The translations under genes were made by a program, and so were the position numbers. Below the pieces are notes generated by a model, which was given only the letters and a program-made list of their open reading frames with translations, was not told the origin of the DNA and made no database searches. DNA of 32,950 nt from Octopus bimaculoides (taxonomy: Eukaryota): positions 42,280,632 to 42,313,581 of the forward strand of contig NC_068998.1 in assembly GCF_001194135.2 (NCBI RefSeq), written 5' to 3'. Of the stretch, positions 9,112 through 21,140 are shown in pieces. Positions within the stretch are counted from its first letter, which is position 1, and each line of letters opens with the position of its first letter.

Positions 9112-9228
9112 TTCCTGTAGCCAAGGAAGTGCCCGAGCCGGAACCTGAACAGCCAGCAGAAACAGAGGAAGAATTCCCACCCAAAGACAAAGGAATGTGT
9201 GTGAGGGCATTGTATGACTATCAAGCAG
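9112..9228 (+). CDS. DBNL: DBNL exon 7: (V)PVAKEVPEPEPEQPAETEEEFPPKDKGMCVRALYDYQA - start of SH3
   Basis: CAG acceptor (9111), GTTGGT donor at 9229; 117 nt, phase 1-1; ALYDYQA SH3 motif. A second in-frame acceptor lies at 9120. Confidence 0.93.
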
Positions 9229-10056
9229 GTTGGTCTTTTCCTCTCATCTCGCTCTCTTTTTCCCTCTGTATATGTGTATGAGTACACGCACACACACATG
9301 CGCACACACGCACACATGGCAAGCTGGCAGAAACGTTAGCACGCCGGGCTTTACGGTATTTCCTCTGCCGCTACGTTCTGTGTTCAAAATTCCACTGAGG
9401 TCGACTTTGCCTTTCATCCTTTACCTATTAGGCCATCAAACCAACACCTGAGAAACAGATTAAAAATGAGATATTTAAATCTATTTTTATTATTGATTGA
9501 CACTATTATAGATTTAAGTACCTCATTTTTGACAGCAATTAGTGGGTCTCCTACATATATATATATATACATACATATATATAATAATATAGATTTAATC
9601 AAAAGATTAAATGTGGTACTTAAAATGTTTGAGGCACCAGAATTTGGTAGGGTAAAAACAAAATCAAGAGATTTGGTGAATAAAATTTGAAGAAAAGCAA
9701 CAAAATTTCAATAAGTTATAGCAGTATGTACGTTTCGTACAAACTTCATTTATTCATGTAGTGAGAACACTACATAAAATGTACAATGAAAATGTACTCC
9801 TCAGCTGCATAATGGAATTTCATTTTAGAAAGTCATTTTGTAGATGTGTGCAAAAAACAAGAGTAAGAGAAGAAAAAATACCATCTTGACTGGGCTGCCA
9901 TTCAACAGTCCTATTGAATTTTTGTTGCTTTTCTTCAAATACATATATATATATACATACATACATACATACATACATATACATACATACATACATATAT
10001 ATATAAGCTTTGTGATTGAATTTGGTAGGCGGAAGTTACTACCGTGTGTGTATATT

Positions 10057-10098
<42 letters not shown>

Positions 10099-10170
10099 AT
10101 ACCTCAATATGTGTATGTTTTGAAACCTCTGATACTACTACTTACCTAACTTCCTTTTCTATTCTTCCAG

Positions 10171-10307
10171 CTGATGACACAGAAATTTCTTTCGACCCTG
10201 ATGACGTCATCACCAATGTCGAGCAATTTGATGAAGGTTGGTGGAATGGTATTTCACCAAGTGGAGAGTATGGAATGTTCCCAGCCAACTATGTAGAGGT
10301 TATTTAA
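10171..10307 (+). CDS. DBNL: DBNL terminal exon: (A)[44 protein letters not shown]-stop (SH3 domain)
   Basis: Pyrimidine tract + CAG (10170); TAA 10305-10307; [17 protein letters not shown]...DEGWW.G...GMFPANYVE is the characteristic DBNL/Abp1 SH3. Confidence 0.97.
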
Positions 10308-11056
10308 ACCAAACACAACACCCTTTTCATCTGCAAATGATGATGATGATGTTGATTATTATTATTATGATTAATTTCATTATTATTATGCAAAAAATCA
10401 TTATTGTTAATTACCATATAATATCATAATTATCATGATCATAATTATTATGTTTATTATTATTATTATCATTATTATTATTATTATTTATACAATCATG
10501 TTATTAAAAGTAGTAGATTTGCTAAAGCATTGGAGAGCATTGAATAAAACACCTTGCAGTATTTAGATATTTACCTGCATGTTATGAGTTCAGAATTATC
10601 CAAGGTCCACTTTCTGCCAACCAAATTCACTCTCAAAGCTTTGGTTGGCCTGGGGCTATAGCAGAGAGCACCTGCTTCAAAGTACCCTCTACTACAGCAA
10701 ACTTCTAAGCCATATCCGTACCTCTGTGCTGTGGGTCTGCATCCAGAATCATGAACCATATCTGCAAAACACAACTAAGGAAGCCTCTTCATAGAAACAG
10801 AAATGCTCATCTGTCTGTTTTACATCCTCGTTTTCATGCCGGCATTTGTCTGAGGAACACATATTACTGAGGCATTGATTCAAGTATGTACGTATAAATA
10901 TCTATGTCTGCTTCTTTGTTCAATTTACATCCTTTCTTCCATGCTAGCATTGATTGGGGGAAAACCTATTACTTAGGCATTGTTTGACAGCTGGATGCTC
11001 TTCCTGTTGCTAACCCTCACCTGTTTTACAAATACTGGATTTCTTTTCTTTGTTTT

Positions 11057-11088
<32 letters not shown>

Positions 11089-11138
11089 NNNNNNNNNNTG
11101 ACAGTGAATTTGGTAGGCAGATATTGAAAAAGAAACTC

Positions 11139-11179
<41 letters not shown>

Positions 11180-11277
11180 GTATGTATGTATGTGTGTGAG
11201 TATATATCATCATCATCATCATCGTTTAATTTCCGCTTTCCATGCTAGCATAGGTTGGACGATTTGACTGAGGACTG

Positions 11278-11320
<43 letters not shown>

Positions 11321-12702
11321 CATATACTTATACATGCATAGACACATGTGTTTCCTTGCCTTGGTTCACTCTTGAGTCACTCGTTATCTGTAAACAAGTG
11401 TGACTGTCATATTGGCGGTGTCGTTTGTTTTACAATCTTATGTGAAAAAAAAGGTACAGACAAGGGCAAAATATTAGTATGCTTCGAAACAGATGAAGAT
11501 TAGCAGCAGATGGAGCATTGGACCTTAGAAAATTTACATCAATGAATTTTGCCTGACCTATGGAAGCCTGACGCACCAGATGTTGAAATGATGACAGCAA
11601 TGCATGTCTCCTTCTCTCACTCTGGAAAAATCTCGCTGAAAATCTGACACTATGTCCTTTGTGATTTACATTAAGTCAACCAAACAGAACCCATCTAATT
11701 CCTCTCCTGGCTATGCAAACAGACCAATAGAGGAAACAACAGTGTTGGTTTCACTCCTGTATGCTAATAAAACATTCATTGATTCTACTATGCTCCCACT
11801 GACTGCTGCAATTATCTTCGTACTCCCTGCCACCATCTCTGTTTGGTCTCTACTCACAACTATTATAATGTTGGCAAGGTTGGTGGGGCATCAAACATAA
11901 TGCCTTGTGGTATTTATATTTGACTCTTTGCATTCAGAGTTCAAATTTTACCAGGGAATGACAAGTACCAGTCAGATACTGGGGGTCTTCCCAAAATTTG
12001 AGATGTTGCCATATAAAAATAGATCAGTATTACAATCTAAATGGTGTCCTTTATAAGTGGGATTTGAGATGTATGCCCTTCTGCTACCCCCTCTGCAGTA
12101 TCTATATACAGTTAAGCAGACTGGTCAGTTGATTGTCTAGTGTTCCAGCTGTTGGTTTCGGTGCCGTCTGTGACAGCTTAAAAATGTGTGTAAACCTTTG
12201 CAGTACGCAGCGCTCTACCAACTGCAGCATCTATGACTCCCGTTACCTTTCGTTAAATACATTTATTTGCAGCTGTTCCTGTGGCACCTGTAGAGAAATA
12301 GTTTCAAAACTGAGTCAAAGAGGATCCACAATTCTTCGGAAACACACTTCTGTTGCCATGCTTATATTTGCTTGTGCACACACACACACACACACACATA
12401 CACACCTACACCTACCTTGGTAGCCATCTTGGACATCCTGTGCCTCCCAGGTCATTGGGATTCTTATCAGTCTGACAAAAAAAGGATTCATTAGGGGCTT
12501 TGACACTTGAAGTAGCACAGTATCCGAATCCAAGTATAACAAGGCTTTATGGTTAAGAAGTACACTGCCAGTCTAATTGGTTTGAAGCTCAGTCCAGCCC
12601 TGTATAGTGCCTTTGGCAAGAGTCTTCTGCTATGATTCTAGGCTAACTAAGGCCTTGTGAGTGAATTTAATTGATGGAAACTGAAAGAAGCTTGTATATA
12701 GA

Positions 12703-12934
12703 GGGCGGTCAGCTGGCAGAAACTTTAGCACGCTGGGCGAAATATTTAGTGGTATTTTGTCTACCGTTACATTCTGAGTTTAAATTCCGCCAAGGTCAAC
12801 TTTGCCTTTCAACCTTTCGGGGTTGATAAATTAAGTACCAGTTATACACTGGAGTCAATATAATCGACTTAATCCCTTTGTCTGTCCTTGTTTGTCCCCT
12901 CTATGTTTAACCCCTTGTGGGAAATAAAGAAATA
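12703..12934 (+). mobile_element. Family A SINE, long-tail variant
   Basis: Co-linear with 2774-3011 including the TAATCCCTTTGTCTGTCCTTGTTTGTCCCC tail. Confidence 0.85.
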
Positions 12935-12945
12935 TAGATACATAT

Positions 12946-12978
<33 letters not shown>

Positions 12979-13150
12979 NNNNNNNNNNNNNNNNNNNNNN
13001 NNNNNNNNNNNNNNNNNNNNNNNNNNNNNNNNNNNNNNNNNNNNNNNNNNNNNNNNNNNNNNNNNNNNNNNNNNNNNNNNNNNNNNNNNNNNNNNNNNNN
13101 NNNNNNNNNNNNNNNNNNNNNNNNNNNNNNNNNNNNNNNNNNNNNNNNNN

Positions 13151-13185
<35 letters not shown>

Positions 13186-14447
13186 TTGTGTGTGTGTGTG
13201 TGTTTGTACTCTTGATATCATGTGTTAATTGTAAATGTCAATGTCACACAATAGATGTTGCTTGTTATCTTCCATGAAAACATGTCTGGCCATTGTGCTG
13301 TTTGCGTACTTGGGTAAGTTTTAACTCAGTTGCTTGAAAATAGATGAGGATTAGCAACAGGAAGAGCATCCAGTGATAGAAAATCTGCCTCAGTGAATTT
13401 TGTCTGAACCATACAAGCATGCAAAAGTGGACATTACAGCAACAGCGGTGTTAATTGTTGTTTTTAAATGTTCCATGTACTCTGCATCTGTCTGTCCACA
13501 TCTACCATGTTATATGGGTTCTCAGGATGGGCTATACTACACGAGAAAGGGTTGCCAGCCCCTAGCTAAATCCTCCCGTATATGTTGGAGGGGCAGGGAC
13601 ACGGTAAGTGGTCCTAATGACCCTCTAAAAACATGGTTGAAGCAGTTCTGAGAGAGGAAGAGCAGAATTGAACAGACTGTTATTGACCCCAAGACAAATG
13701 AAAAAAGTTGTCTTCAGCAAAGTTTCAACTTAAAATGCACCCTGCTGGAAAATAACGCAAGCCAAGTGTCTGCTGCTCTAACAATGCTTCCAATTGACAG
13801 GTCTGTGTATCAAATTTACTTTCATACATATATTTACATGCATACATACATACATATATAATACATTCATACAAATCTGCCATGGCTCCATAACTAACAT
13901 CTCAGCCATAACATTGGAGCCCTAGTAATCTGTTACATCACTTACCTTGTGTACCTAATCGTTTAGATCACCTGTGAACTAAACTGACGTACTTAGTACA
14001 TACATATATATATATATATATATATAGTTTTAGGGAAAAGAACCAAGTTTCAAGAACTCATCGATGAAAATCCACTATCACATATAGAAAAATTAATAAT
14101 TAAAAGCACAATAAATGAGTATAANNNNNNNNNNCATTATATTACCAGTATATTACCTATGTTTAACCATGGGCGTATGTATGCAAGCTTGTGCTCAGAA
14201 ATTATAGGTAAAGACAAGGATAGACATGAGTTTATCAAGAATCAAAATTTAAAGAAAACAGAAAATGGAGAAATATCGATGAACTACAATTAACTTACAT
14301 CAATTATTATTTTTTAATTCAGTACAAATAGACTGCATCCCATCTATTTGTATTGAATTGATAAATAATAATTGATGTAAGTCAATTGTTGTTTGTTGAT
14401 ATTTCTCCATTTTCTGTTTTCTTTATATATACATACATACATATTTA

Positions 14448-14490
<43 letters not shown>

Positions 14491-15069
14491 NNNNNNNNNN
14501 NNNNNNNNNNNNNNNNNNNNNNNNNNNNNNNNNNNNNNNNNNNNNNNNNNNNNNNNNNNNNNNNNNNNNNNNNNNNNNNNNNNNNNNNNNNNNNNNNNNN
14601 NNNNNNNNNNNNNNNNNNNNNNNNNNNNNNNNNNNNNNNNNNNNNNNNNNNNNNNNNNNNNNNNNNNNNNNNNNNNNNNNNNNNNNNNNNNNNNNNNNNN
14701 NNNNNNNNNNNNNNNNNNNNNNNNNNNNNNNNNNNNNNNNNNNNNNNNNNNNNNNNNNNNNNNNNNNNNNNNNNNNNNNNNNNNNNNNNNNNNNNNNNNN
14801 NNNNNNNNNNNNNNNNNNNNNNNNNNNNNNNNNNNNNNNNNNNNNNNNNNNNNNNNNNNNNNNNNNNNNNNNNNNNNNNNNNNNTTTAAATTTTTTTAAA
14901 TTTTAATTAATTTTAAAATTATTGGGTTTTCTTATTTTTCTCCTCTCTTCACCCCCACCTCCACCTAGCTGTTGTTTTTTTTTTTGTTTTTACCTTAATT
15001 TATATATTATGTTCTAAAATTGTATTATTTAAAAAAAAGATTTATTATGATTGTTATTGTTGCTGTTTG

Positions 15070-17155
15070 TTGTTGAGTTCAAATCCCACCAGGGTCGACT
15101 TTGCCTTTCATCTTCCAGGGGTCGCTAAAACAAAGTACCAGTCTAGTACTGGCGCCAGTCTAATTATCAGTTCCTAATCTCAAAATTTCTGGCCTTGTTC
15201 CTCTGTAAGGAATCATCATCATCATTATTATTATTACTATTATGAAGGCACTGAGCTGGTAGAGTCATTAGAGTCAGAAAAAATGCCTGTTAGCACCCCA
15301 GGCAAAATGCTGCTAAGCATTTTGCCCATCTTTGCATCCCTTGTTCAAATTATGCCGAGGTTGATTTTGCCTTTCACCCTTTTTACTCTGAACAAGTACT
15401 AGTTGAGTACTGGGGTCATGGTGATTGACTTACCCCCTCCCTCAGAACTGCTGGCTTTATGCCAAAATTTGAAATCATGATTATTATTATCATTAACATG
15501 CAAGTAGTGAGCTAGCAAGATCATTAAAATTTTGGGAAAAATGCTTCATGGCATTAATTCTGGGTTCAATTTCTACTGGAGTCAACTATGCCTATCATAC
15601 TTTTGGGGTCCGATGAAATAAAGTACCAGTCAAATACTGGGTATAATGGTATTAAAGAACCCTCTTCCACTCAAATTTACTGGGTTTTTGTGCGTAAATC
15701 AGAAATGCTGGTTATTATTATTATTATTATTATTTAGGCGGTGAGCTGGTAGCATTGTTAGCACGCCGGATGAAATGCTTGGTGGTATTTTACCCGTTGT
15801 TGTGTTCTGAGTTCAAATTCCGCCAACGTCGATTTTTGCTTTTCATCCTTTTGGGGTTGATGAATTAAGTACCAGTGAAATACTGGGGTTGATGTAATCG
15901 ACTTATCCTCTCCCCCAAAATAGCTGTTCTTGTGGCAAAAATTGAAACTATTATTATTACTACTACTATTATTATTATTATTATTATTATTAGAGTGTTG
16001 GATTGACAGATACATAAATAAAAGCATTGAACAGAATGCTTTGTGTCCTCATATCATGATCATTACGATCACTTTCAACTGCCTTTTTGTAGGTCAAATC
16101 TCATAGTTTACCTTATTGAGAGTTCAATTCCTACCTAGACCAACTTGACCTTTTTTCCTTCCAGGGTTAATAAAATAAAGTACTAGTCCAGTACTTGACC
16201 GATATAATCGACTACTGCCTCCCTGCAATCTTTTGGCTTTGTGCCTGTATAAGAAATTATTGCTATTTTTATGGTGATGGGGGTAATGGAATACGTAGAA
16301 CGTTGCTTAAAATACTTAATGTTTAGTTACATCTGTTTATACTCTAAGCTCTAATCCTTCTGGGTTGACTATGCTTTTAAATTTTTAGAGTTGATAAATC
16401 ATAGAACCAGTCAATTTATTGGGATTGATATAATCAACTTTAATATTCAGCTTTTAACCTCTAAAAAAAAAAAAAACACTTTGGGCCTTTGTGCCCCATG
16501 TTAGAAACAGATTATCATTTTTACTATGACGGCGAGCTGGCAGAAACGTTAGCACACTGGGCAAAATGCTTANNNNNNNNNNTCGGTCCTTTCGGGGTCG
16601 ATAAATTAAGTACCAGTTACGCACTGGGGCCGATCTAATCGACTGGCCCCCCCTCCCCCCAAATTTCAAGCCATGTGCGTAGATTAAAAAAAGAATATTA
16701 TTATTATTATTGTCATTATTTTTATTTATTATTATTATTATTAAGGTGGTGAGCTGGCAGAAATGTCAGCACGCAAGGCAAAATGCTTAACAGTATTTTG
16801 TCTCTCTTCATGCTCTGGGTTCAAATTCCACCGAGGTTGACTTTGCCTTTCATCCTTTCGGGGTCGATAAATTAAGTACCAGTTGCTCACTGAAGGTCAG
16901 TGTAATTAACTAGTCTCCTCCCCACAAAATTTCAGATTTTGTACCTTTAGTAGAAAGGATTATCCTTATTAATTAAGGTGATGGTCTGGCAGAATTGTTA
17001 GAAGCTGGACCTGTGTTTGACTTCCACCAAAGTCAACTTTCATCCTTTTGGAGTCCATAAAACAAGTACCAGCTGTGAACTGGGGTTGATATAATCACAA
17101 TCAACTCATTCCTTCCTCACACATATTTCAGGCCTTCTGCCTATTCTAGAAAAGA
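15070..17155 (+). mobile_element. Cluster of about nine same-strand family A SINE copies (short-tail variant) interleaved with (ATT)n
   Basis: Copies start near 15070, 15246, 15505, 15737, 16010, 16280, 16529, 16745, 16976; variable decay. Confidence 0.8.
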
Positions 17156-17583
17156 TTTATATTACGATTATTATTATTATTATTACTACTACTGCTACAA
17201 TAATTACCAAATCCTTTTTGGAGCCTAATTATTTCTGTTAGAATTCGATCAAAATACTTGGATTAATAATCAAATCATTTTATTAATTTGAATTTGGTTT
17301 CATTTGTAACTTTTTTGTTTTGTTTCCAACAAATTTTTTCTCTTATTTCAAAGCAAACAAAAAATAACGGAATGTAAAAAATGAATGAATAAATAAATGT
17401 TAAAAAATAAAATAAAATAAAATGATTAATGTTACATTTGTCTGTTTTATTAATAATTCTTGACTACTGTAACCCTTTAGCATTTAAACCGGGCTACATC
17501 CAGCCAAAATATTCTACCTGTTTTATGTTCAAGCCAGCCTCTTTCACCTACCCTGCCAATATCTTTCCAAAAATAAACAAACG

Positions 17584-18095
17584 TGGCTGTGTGGTAACAA
17601 GTTTATTTCCCAACCACATGGTTCTGAGGTTCAGTCCCACTGTGTGGCACCTTGGGCAGGTGTCTTTTACTATAGCCTCGGACTAACCAAAGCCTTCTGA
17701 GTGAATTTGGTAGCCGGAAACTGAAAGAAGCCTGTCGTATCTATATATATATCTATGTGTGAGTACCTTTGTGTTAGTTCCCCACCACTGCTTGACAACT
17801 GGTGTTTGTGTGTCTACATCACCCCCGTAACTTAGCAGTTCGGCAAAGGAATTGATGGAATGAGTACCAAACTTAAAAAACTTTACTCTTAATGTAGTTC
17901 TCAGGGAAATTTGGGGCGATACAGAATGTGACAAGGCTGACCCTTCAAATTACAAGTATTAATTGTTGCCAGCTGAGTGGACTAGAGTAACATAAAATAA
18001 AGTGTCTTGCCCAAGAACACAATGCACTGCTGGTTTTCAAACTCGCAATCTCATGATTGTGAGCTGAATGTCTTAACTACTAAGCCATGGGCCTC
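17584..18095. mobile_element. Family C SINE (+, 17584-17885) abutting a minus-strand central-domain SINE (17890-18095)
   Basis: Homology to 7011-7388 and to 42-353 respectively. Confidence 0.7.
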
Positions 18096-18449
18096 CACAT
18101 TTGGCAGTAATCTGAATGTTAAAGGCCTTAAGAGCAGAATTGTGTTGAACAAATTGTCGAAACCTTGCTTGGAGTGGTATCCTCTACTTTCCATCTCCAT
18201 TACTGGAAGAACTATTCTTGGTTTCCGTACATATTCTGAGCTGTAGGAGTGGCTGTGTTTTAAAAAGTTAGCTTCCCAACCACATGGTTCTGGGTTCAGT
18301 CCCAGGCTGACCAAAGCCTTCTGAATGTAATTGTAAGATGGAAACTGACAGAAACCTACCACACACACACTTACATATATATATACATGTAGATGTAGAT
18401 ATGTACACACATGTATGTATATATGCATATACTCACATATTATTTGTAT

Positions 18450-18480
<31 letters not shown>

Positions 18481-18790
18481 CATCATTATCGTTTAACATC
18501 CCCCTTCCATGCTAGTATGGGTGGGACAGTTTCACAAGAGCCAGCCAGGCAGAAGCCTGCACCAGACTTCTGTGACTGTTTTGGTATGGGTTTTACAGCT
18601 GGATGCCTTTCCTAACACCAACCACCCAGCAGAGTGGACTTTGTGCTTTTTATGCGGCACAAGCACAGGTAAGGTCAGTTTTGGTAAGGTTTTAACAGCT
18701 GGATGCACTTCCGAACCCCAACCACTTTGCAGTGTGGACAGGGTGCTTTTAAGTGGTACCTGCACTGACAGGGTCACTAAGTACTTGCAA
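18481..18790 (-). mobile_element. Diverged family D element
   Basis: CATCATTATCGTTTAACATCCCCCTTCCATGCTAG...ACAGCTGGATGCCTTTCCTAACACCAACCAC homologous to 1864-2252. Confidence 0.65.
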
Positions 18791-18945
18791 GAAAAAAAAC
18801 AAAAAAACTTTCAAGCACTGTTTTTTAAGTGGCACTATCACCAGGTATTTCTAATTGGCACCATCAACAGTTTTCTTTAGGTGACACCATTACCAGTACT
18901 TTCTAAGTGGCATCAGTACTTTTTTAAATGGTACCATTCTGTAAA

Positions 18946-19405
18946 CTACGAAACAAATGGTAGTCTGAGGAAGCAAGGTCGGGAGAAGAAGGTGGATGAG
19001 GAATTTTTTCCCAACCAAGCTCTTCGATCTTCTGTGATATGATCTTTGCAGTGTGGGGTCGTGCGTTGTCCTGATGAAACATCAATCCTTTTCGATTCAT
19101 TAAAATGGATCTTTTTTTCCTTCAAAGCTTGGTTCAAACGCTCTAATTGCTGACAATAGACTTGCGCATTGATTGTTGCATTAGGTTGTAACAATTGAAA
19201 GTTAATTTATCTTTTGCAATCCCACCAGATAGAAAGACGTACCTCTTTCCCATGAAGTTACCTTCTCGGTTGTGGTTGAGCTTTTTCCCTTTTACCAAGC
19301 CATTGTTTATCACATTTAACATTTCGATAGAAGATCCATTTTTCGTCACTAGTCACAAGTCTATCCAAAAAGGGTGAAATGAGTTCGCGAGAATGGAGAG
19401 AAGAG
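18946..19405 (-). pseudogene. Mariner (DD34D-type) transposase catalytic-domain remnant
   Basis: Joined frames read FLDRLVTSDEKWIFY...LSIWWD...LLQPNATINAQVYCQQLERL...MFHQDNARPHTAK...LGWEKIPHPPSSPDLASSDYHLF; stops and frameshifts. Confidence 0.92.
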
Positions 19406-19789
19406 CAGATGTCAACCCTCATTAATCACAACGAGTCCCTTTTTCTCCATTAAACTTTAAAAGAATAGATTAAAAAAAAACACTTTCAAGGGAAACAACT
19501 CTTACAGAAGGATACAAGGGAAGTAACTCTTAAAGTTGTTAACTAGTATTATTTAATCTTGATCGGATTGATTATTTTAAATTTGAATAGCCAAATTGGG
19601 CAAACAGGACAGAGATAAGGGATATAATGATTTAATTGTGATTCTGGTAATACGGGATATAATCCTTAGCTGTGCGTGGGCATAAACGTATTACACTCAT
19701 CGCATACGAAATTAATGTCTACATAAGAGAATAATGTTCACACATAAAAATTAAGTTAACTAAGTTAATGAACTGATAATTATTATAGG

Positions 19790-20000
19790 TTTCAAATTTT
19801 GGCACACGGCCAGTAGTTTTTGCGGCGGTGGGTTTAGTCGATTACATCGATCCCAGTATTCGGCTGTTACTTATTTTATCGACCTCAAAAGGACGAAAGG
19901 CAAAGCTGACCACGGTGGAATTTGAACTCAGAACGTAAAGACGAGTGAAATGCCGCTAAGCATTTTGTCCGACGTGCCAACGATTCTGCCAGCACGTCAC
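19790..20000 (-). mobile_element. Family A SINE, short-tail variant
   Basis: Reverse complement of family A body (GAATTTGAACTCAGAACGTAAAGACG...AACGATTCTGCCAGC). Confidence 0.8.
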
Positions 20001-20158
20001 CTCCATTGTTAGTTATTAATTCAGAGCGCAGGCGACGAGCTAGTAGAATCGTTAGAGCGTCGAACAAAATGCAATGCGATGTTTCTTCCCACTCTTTACA
20101 TTTTGCCTTTCATCTCGCCAGCGTTGAGTACATGGGATGATGTAATATACATGTTATA

Positions 20159-20692
20159 CATGTAACCTCGTTTATCACTGATTTATCTATCTCTGATCCA
20201 GGATAACACGGAACGTTTAATTGTGATTCACGTTACTCTTATCACGGGTTGATCTGTGGTAACACGGATCGGCGATCCATTGAAGAGTCTGCTTGTACCT
20301 CGAAAACGTGCCCCAGGGACCACCCGCAATGCTCAGCTATCTAAACAGCAGTGACGATATGCTTGTGTTTACATCACCGTGCTGCGAGACAGCTTACTTT
20401 CCATATGAGTTTACGTACTCGCACCCATCATCATTGGACTAGTGAACAAAATAGTACGAAGGTGCCTGGTATAAATGACGGACGCGTGTCTTCTTTACAG
20501 GAAAAGGTACAAATGATCAAGAAAATAAATGAAGGTGGAAGCTTCACGACTGTGAGCCAGGTGTTTCGGTGTCAATTGATCTACCATTCATTCCATTTAC
20601 AAAATACGTAGAAACGATTCATTTATCACTGGTATATTAATCTCTGAGTTTTTTCTGGAACCAAATTGCGTGATAAACCAGGGTAGATATAG
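20159..20692 (+). mobile_element. Tigger/pogo-like internally deleted DNA transposon with CENP-B-type HTH remnant (about 20490-20618)
   Basis: SLQEKVQMIKKINEGGSFTTVSQVF/GVN*STIHSIYK across a frameshift; weak TIR match CCTCGTTTATCAC vs reverse complement CCTGGTTTATCAC. Confidence 0.65.
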
Positions 20693-20873
20693 TATGGATT
20701 TACTCAGCAATGTTTTAGCATTGACGGTGGTTATGGAATTTATGCGAGGGCATCGTCTGTGATTTTTCTGAATTCTTCATATTTGGTTGGTTATTCGGTT
20801 CTATGGCACACTCTGATTATTGAGTAAAGCTGTTGTCCGAAACGAGACTATAAGGCACAGGCGTTTTGGTGCT

Positions 20874-21140
20874 GGGGAAATTTCGTACCTGGGTTCTCAT
20901 TCATAAGATATTTTTTTATGATGATGTTATTATTATTATTATTATTATTTAGGTCACTGCTGGGAATCGAACTCAGAATCTTGGGGTAGTAGCCCACGCT
21001 CTTAACCCCAAGATTCCGAGTTCGATTCCAGGTAGTGATCTGAATAACAACATGAAGGCTGGAGGGTATATCAGCCGAAACGTTGTGTTAACAGCAAACA
21101 AGATGAGGACAAATATCCGTCAAATGAAAATAATGTAAAT
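20874..21140. mobile_element. Second fold-back copy of the tRNA-headed hammerhead-bearing element
   Basis: Shares GGGGAAATTTCG.ACCTGGGTTCTCATTC and ATGAAGGCTGGAGGGTATATCAGCCGAAACGTTGTGTT with 1357-1735; inner inverted repeat 20943-20987/21004-21047. Confidence 0.8.

Noticed and set aside
10541-10550. Definitive poly(A) signal
   Set aside because: The AATAAA lies in what looks like a decayed SINE fragment in very AT-rich DNA; cannot be assigned without transcript data.
12244-12284. Possible 41-nt minus-strand exon (TTTCTCTACAG|VPQEQLQINVFNE|GTAACG)
   Set aside because: Splice-like signals but no partner exons or recognisable protein; compatible with chance. RNA-seq would decide.
13480-13730. 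Possible second RTE 3' fragment (PLKTWLKQ)
   Set aside because: Only one weak motif; too degraded to support a call.
20800-20845. CTGATTATTGAG...CCGAAACG, second hammerhead-like motif
   Set aside because: Core is not CUGANGA and no stem I or II pairing was found.
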